This document shows, in pieces, positions 52,342 to 64,000 of a stretch of 64,000 bases of DNA (the first letter of the stretch is position 1; every line of letters starts with the position of its first letter). Under the pieces are notes generated by a model that did not search any database, was not told where the DNA came from, and saw only the letters and a program-made list of their open reading frames with translations. A program made the translations under genes and the position numbers. Source of the stretch: the human T2T-CHM13v2.0 reference genome, Homo sapiens; the NCBI RefSeq assembly GCF_009914755.1, contig NC_060943.1, one strand, 5' to 3'.

Positions 52342-52955
52342 TGATCTGCCCGCCTCGGCCTCCCAAAGTGCTGGGATTACAGGAGTGAGCCACTGCACCT
52401 GGACTGTTTTTTTGTATTTTTTGTAAAAACAGGGTCTCACTATGTTGCCCTGGCTAGTCTCGAACTCCTGGCCTCAAGCGATCCTCCCGCTTCGGCCTCC
52501 CAAAGTGCTGAGATTACAGGCGTGAGCCACTGTGCCACTGCCCCTGGCTTAATCATCATCTCATTTTGCGGATGAAGAAACTCAGGCCTTGAAAGGAAAG
52601 TGAGGCCGGGCGCGGTGGCTCACGCCTGTAATACCAGCACTTTGGGAGGCCGAGGCGGGCGGATCACCAGGTCAGGAGATCGAGACCATCCTGGCTAACA
52701 CGGTGAAACCCCGTCTCTATTAAAAATTCAAAAAATTAGCCAGGCGTGGTGGCGGGTGCCTGTAGTCCCAGCTACTCAGGAGACTGAGGCAGGAGAATGG
52801 CGTGAACCCAGGAGACGGAGCTTGCAGTGAGCCGAGATCATGCCACTGCACTCCAGCCTGGGCGACAGAGCGAGACTCCGTCTCAAAAAAAAAAGGAAAG
52901 TGACCTTCTCAGGAGCACAAAGACCCGGGGGGTCTTGGAGACAGTACTTGGCTCA

Positions 52956-53564
<609 letters not shown>

Positions 53565-54213
53565 TCACACAGCGATCGCGTCCTGGCCTTGGGGTCTGGC
53601 GGGTGGGCAGGAGGGGCGTGATTCTCTTCCTGCGGCTTTCGACGTTGGTTGCTGCCACCTTCGTCTTTGACCTGGGTGATCCATGGGTGGGGCTGGGGAG
53701 GGGCGTCTGCCTGGCTGGGCTTGTCCACCTGCCCCCCAACTTCAGCCCTCCGTGGAGGGGTCAGGGCTCCAGAGGGGGCGGATGTGACTCGTCCTGCATC
53801 CAGGCTGCCAGAGCCGATAACGCTGAGCTCAGCGTCTGTCTGCCTGCGCGTCTGCCAAGGAACCTAATTATTTTTAGATAAGATGGAGGGGCGGGCGCCG
53901 GGGCAGAGGGAGCACCCAAGCTGGGCGGGCAGTGGGGTCGTCGCCATCAGAGAGACCACCCCTCAGCCTCCTCTCTCTGGGGTCCCTGAACGGCAACCCA
54001 GGACTAACAGCCGGGTCCCTGGGACTACAGGGGCAGAGGCTGAGGCTAAGGGACGTGACGTCTCCAGGACTCACCTCTCTGGTCCTCAGTTTCCCCATCT
54101 GTAAAACGGACATAGTGATAGACCTCCTGCATAGGGCTAAGGCGGGGCTGAATGACTGAACCTCATTTTATTTTATTTATTTTGTTTTATTTATTTTATT
54201 TTATTTATTTTGA

Positions 54214-54318
<105 letters not shown>

Positions 54319-55272
54319 TGAGTAGCTGGGATTCCAGGAGCGTGCCACCATGCCCGGCTAATTTTTATATTTTTAGTAGAGACGGGGTTTTGCCATGTTA
54401 GCCAGGCTGGTCTTCAACTCCTGACCTCAAGTGATTTTCCTGCCTTGGCCTCCCAAAGTGCTGGGATTACAGGTGTGAGCCACCGTGCCTGGCCGTTTTG
54501 TTTTATTTTTTTGTTGTTGCTTAATTTCATTTTCTGAGATGGGGACTTGCTATGTTGCTCAGGCTGGCCTCCAACTCCAGTCGCCCAGACTGGACTGCAG
54601 TGGTGCAATCCTGGCTCACTGCAACCTCCGCCTCCGAGGCTAAAGCGATTCTCCTCTCTCAGTCTCCCAAGTAGCTGGGATTACAGGTGCGCATCACCAC
54701 ACCTGGCTAGTTTTTGTACTTTTAGTAGAGATGGGGTTTCACCATGTTGGCCAGTCTGGTCTCAAACTCCTGACCCTGACCTCAGGTGATCTGCCTCCCT
54801 TGGCCTCCCAAAGTGCTAGGATTACAGGCGTGAGCCACCGTGCCCGGCCTGAACTTCATTTTACAGATGAGGCTCAGAGAAGGCAAGCGACTTGCTCAGG
54901 GTCGCACAGCAAGAAAGCGGCACAGCTGGGATTTGAACATCAGTCTGTTAAGATTCCAGGTGTCTAACTTCTTACCCACGACTGAGCCGGCCCTGCAGAA
55001 GCGGAGGGCTTACCCAACATACGGGTACACTGGCGCTCACAGGGCCTAGCTGGTGTCTGCAGGGTGCCTGGCCAGATGTCTGTGACCCTCTAGGGCAGCA
55101 GCCAAGGGAAGGGCCCAAAGAGAGACCCCAGGGCCTGGGTGTGTTTTGGGGCCACTGTTTGTCTCCATAGCACTGGCCCAGCCCAGGACTGGGGCCACCA
55201 GCATCGACACTTCATCTGCTCCTGGGGTGGGGTCTCTGTGATGCCACCAGTGTTTCTTCCCTCTCTTTGCAG

Positions 55273-55344
55273 ATGCAGAGCAAAGCGGCAGTCCCCGGAC
55301 AGGGATGGGCTCTGACCAGGAGGACAGCAAGCCCATCACGCTGG
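55273..55344 (+). CDS. NFIC: NFIC coding exon 3 (72 nt, phase 1-1)
   Basis: Pyrimidine tract ttcttccctctctttgcag| followed by an exon giving (D)[23 protein letters not shown], in frame with exon 2; donor CTGG|gtgact. Matches the NFIC linker after the DBD. Confidence 0.97.
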
Positions 55345-55522
55345 GTGACTCTGGGGGCAGCGTGGCGGTGAAGGGCGGAGGGCGCAGCCCTGTCCTCGTC
55401 TTTTATTTGGGAATCATTTGCTTGGCACCACTCGTTTTACAGATGAGCAGACTGAGGCTCGGAGAGGTTAAGGGGCCTGTCCAGGGGCTACCAGGGAGCT
55501 GGGTTGGAACCCACGACTCTGA

Positions 55523-56216
<694 letters not shown>

Positions 56217-56330
56217 TGAGTAGCTGGGATTACAGGTGTGTGCCACCACGGCTGGCTAATTTTTGTATTTTTAGTAGAGATGGGGTTTCACCATGTTGGC
56301 CAGGCTGGTCTCAAACTCCTGACCTCGTGA

Positions 56331-56549
<219 letters not shown>

Positions 56550-56776
56550 TAATAGATGGGTAGGACAGTGTAATTCTATGTTGTAGGGATAGGAAGTGGG
56601 AAAATTAACCTCACTTAGACCAGAGCAGTCACTTCCATCCTAGCCCCCAGCTCCTGCCCTTGGCCCCCACCATTTGTCCTTCTCACTATGGCCAGAGGAC
56701 ACCTGTGAGCCCCCAAGTCAGGGCCCGTCCCTCCTCTGCGCACAGCCATCCACGGCTCCCACCTCTCTTGGGGTAA

Positions 56777-57289
<513 letters not shown>

Positions 57290-57556
57290 TAGCCAGGATG
57301 GTCTCGATCTCCTGACCCTGTGATGCACCCGCCTCGGCCTCCCAAAGTGCTGGGATTACAGGCATGAGCCACCGCGCCCAGCCTGGCTACCCTCAGTCTC
57401 AGCCCTCTGTTTTCTTTCCTTCAGAGGAAGTTAGTGATTGCCTATGGATTTGCTTAGTTGTTTAGTGACTGCACGGGTGTCTGCTCATCTCCCCAGTGGA
57501 ATGTCACCTCCTCCAGGGCAGAGGCTTTGTCTGTCTACATCTCTGTTGTGCCCTCA

Positions 57557-58604
<1,048 letters not shown>

Positions 58605-59289
58605 TCAAAAAAAAAAAAGGAAAGGAAAAGAAGGAAGGAAGAGAAAGCGAGTGGGTGAGGCGTCCTTCTTGGAAGGACCGGAACAGGCATGCACAGGGAG
58701 GCTGGAAGGTTCTCGGAGGTTCACAGGCCTGAGGCCACTCCTCACTGGCCCCCGGTGACTCCTCCGTCTGTGACCCGGGTCCTCCGCGGCCTCCTGTGAT
58801 CCCCAGACGCCTCTCTCCAAGCCAGATGTTGGAGGGAGGTGGGGGCAGCGGCGCTTGGCCTGGTCCCCTGGGGAGCTTGGGCGTCTGGTAGAGGAAATCA
58901 CGTCCTCCCAGCTCGCCAGGGAGTCCCCCAGAGATGGAGCTGAGCAGGCGCTGCACAAACAGGAAACCCCGGTCGGGGGAGGCGGAGGGGGCCTGCTGAC
59001 ACCAGCTGGCCAGCTGGGTCAGCAGGAAACGGCTCTGGCCACTTCTCCTGGACACTCGGGGGCCACCGCTCTGTCCTCTTCAGAATGCGTGGCCCTGAAC
59101 CTCCCAGCGCGGGGCAGGGTTGGTTCATTGCCTTCACTCAGCAAATGACTGTAACAGGGGGCCGGGTGCGGTGGCTCACGCCTGCAATCCCAGCACTTTG
59201 GGAGGCTGAAGCGGGAGGATCGCTTGAGCCCAGGAGTTCAAGACCAGCCTGGGTAATATAGCAAGACCCTATCTCTACCCAAAAAAAAA

Positions 59290-59291
<2 letters not shown>

Positions 59292-59334
<43 letters not shown>

Positions 59335-59409
59335 CCCCAGGAGTTCAAGACCAGCCTGGGTAATATAGCAAGACCCTATCTCTACCCCAAAAAAAAAAAA
59401 AAAAAAAAA

Positions 59410-59449
<40 letters not shown>
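59292..59449. repeat. Two (CA)n microsatellites inside a duplicated Alu segment
   Basis: (AC)n runs at 59292-59331 and ~59412-59449. Confidence 0.95.
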
Positions 59450-59452
<3 letters not shown>

Positions 59453-59826
59453 CCAAACACGGAGGTGCATGCCTGTAATCCCAGCTACTTGGGAGGCTGA
59501 GGTGGGAGGATCGCCTGAGCCCAGGAGTTTGAGACCAGCCTGGGTAACATAGCAAGACCCTATCTCTACAAAAAGTAATAATAATAATACAAAAATTAGC
59601 CAAGGGTGGTGATGCGTGCCTGTAGTCCCAGCTACTTGGGAGGCTGAGGCAGGAGCATCACTTCAGCCCAGGAGTTCGAGGCTGCAGTGAGCTATGATTG
59701 CACCGCTGCACTCGAGCCTGGGCAACAGAGCAAAATTCTGTCTCTAAAAAAGAAAGATTGTAACAGGGGGACTGGCGGGGGTTTGGGTCTGCAGAACTGG
59801 ACACAGCCCTGAGCTCCCTGCAGTCC

Positions 59827-59846
59827 GTGCTGCCCCCTGGGGGCCG
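59827..59846 (-). promoter_or_regulatory. Candidate CTCF site
   Basis: Minus strand reads GGCCCCCAGGGGGCAGCAC, a close match to the CTCF core CC(A/G)CCAGGGGGCAG, in non-repeat DNA. Confidence 0.5.
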
Positions 59847-60279
59847 GGAGAGGAACTGCTCCCACCGCCACCCAAAAGCCAAGAGCCTGTCCCACCTCCA
59901 AACCTACCAGGCTCCCTGGCTCTTTCCACTCCAACCCTGCTGGCCTGCAACTTGCCAAGTGCATTTCTACCCGGAGGCCTTTGCACGGGCTGTTCCCAGT
60001 GCCGGGAACATCGTGGCCCTCAGGGAGGTGATGAAACATCATCCCCATCGGAGAAGCCAACAGTCACGGGGCGGTTGCCAGGCGCTGTTCTCAGAGCTTT
60101 GCAGATTTTAACAAGTTCCTTCCTCTTATCCAGTCTCATCTTGAGGTCTGTAAAATGCCACCATCTCGGTCAGGCTTTCTCTGAGCCCTGGGTGTAAAAT
60201 AGCCTCCCTCCCCACCCTAGCTAGTTCCCCACCAGCCGCCTGCCTTACCACAGGCTGATGCACCTCGCATTTGACTTAA

Positions 60280-62095
<1,816 letters not shown>

Positions 62096-62724
62096 TGCTG
62101 ACCTATTAATCTTGGCTGCTGTCTGTCGCTCACACTGGACTTTGAGTCTCACAGGGGCAACTGCTTCAGCCTGTATCATCTCCTGCTGTGCCGGGGCCCA
62201 GCTCAGAATCAGACACTGTGGATGCTTAGTAAACGCCTGTTGAGTCCATGAATCCCTCCTACAAGGGCGTCCGAGGGCAGGACAGGGCTGTCCCCAAGCT
62301 GTCTGAGGTTGGCCAAGGCTCCCGACCTCTCGGGGACAACTTCGATTTCCAAATCTGTGAAATGGGTCCAAACCACTCCAGTCGAGAGGACAGTCTCCCT
62401 TCCTTTGATATTAGGTAGGAGCAATGCTGGGGACACTGGGGGTTTTAACTGCGGCTTGTGGGCCTCCCATTCAACCCCCCATTTTAACTGACCCATTGCT
62501 GGGTGCCAAGCTCTGGTCTAGGCACGAAGGACACTGCAGGGTCGGGGCAGACAGACATCCCTGCCCACACGGACCTCCCAGTCTGAAGGGGAGAAGAACA
62601 AGAAGCCAGAGTATCTCGAAGGGTGACAGTGTGTAAAGCAAGCCAGCTGCCCCTCCCAGGCAGTTGGATACAGATCTCACGACAACCCCGATGATGGGAT
62701 TGATGGTTTCACTTTTGCAATTAG

Positions 62725-63240
<516 letters not shown>

Positions 63241-63669
63241 TGAGTAGCTGGGACTACAGGCACGGACCACAACACCTGGCTAATTTTAACACTTTTTGTA
63301 GAGATGGGGTCTCGCTGTGTTCCCCAGGCTGGTCTTGAAGTCCTGAGCTCAAGCGATCCTCCTGCCTCGGCCTCCCACAGTGCTGGGATTACAGGCATGA
63401 GCCACTGCGCCCGGCCTGCTGTTCACTTGAATGCAGCATTCCACAGCATGGGGGAACCCGGATGAAGGCTGTGTGAAGGCCCACACTGGACAAGGACCCC
63501 CCACGGGGCCTTCCCCATCAGACTGGAGCTGTCATTCCCCCACAGCACAGGATGGACAGGGGGAACGTCCAGGCTCGGGCCAGCCCCCAGGAGTCCAGGC
63601 AGCCCTGGAGTGTGGGGAAGGGAAACAGGCCCAGCTCAGCCTACTGACCCCGCTGTCTTCCTGTTCCAG

Positions 63670-63744
63670 ACACGACCGACTTCCAGGAGAGCTTTGTCAC
63701 CTCCGGCGTGTTCAGCGTCACTGAGCTCATCCAAGTGTCCCGGA
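63670..63744 (+). CDS. NFIC: NFIC coding exon 4 (75 nt, phase 1-1)
   Basis: Branch-point-like TACTGAC at ~63642-63648; acceptor tcttcctgttccag|; translates as (D)[24 protein letters not shown], a motif conserved in NFI paralogues; donor CGGA|gtgagt. Confidence 0.98.
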
Positions 63745-64000
63745 GTGAGTGTTCCCGTCAGCCCTGAGCTGGGTCTTGGAGAGGGGAGGGGGCCGCAGGG
63801 AGGAAGGAGCCCACCCCCCTCACCCTACTCCTTGTCCTTTCCAGACAACCCCTGTGTCACTAAGCCAAGGTTCCTAGAAAGGGAGGTGGCCAGGCCCTTC
63901 CCAGAGCCCAAGGTCAGGGCTCCCTCCCACCTCTCCAGGAAACAGAATCTAAATGCTGGATGGCAACTAAGGAAACTTCTGCCCCAGCATCCCTCCTCCT

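Overview
Primate (almost certainly human, 19p13.3-type GC- and Alu-rich) genomic DNA lying inside the + strand gene NFIC (nuclear factor I/C, CTF/NF-I). The window holds the end of intron 1, the 532-nt DNA-binding-domain exon 2 (11841-12372), the ~42.9-kb intron 2, exon 3 (55273-55344), intron 3 and exon 4 (63670-63744). All three exons have AG/GT boundaries and splice in frame to DEFHPFIE...[55 protein letters not shown]. The rest is dominated by Alus, with L1M, L2, MIR and hAT (MER1B, MER3, MER33, MER58) relics, microsatellites and an intronic CpG island (~33.7-35.5 kb). Nearly all tracked ORFs are Alu or GC-content artefacts. I cannot demonstrate a new biological system. The strongest unexplained observations are: (i) a ~101-bp minisatellite that appears to have amplified the exon-2/donor junction itself; (ii) ancient L2- and L1M-derived copies that look too similar to each other for their age; (iii) a tight triple D-box/C-EBP cluster; (iv) a hairpin inside a MIR that looks template-switch-derived; (v) the inverted-Alu geometry for exon-2 circularisation. 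Repeat subfamily calls are from memory of consensus sequences, and repeat coordinates are approximate.
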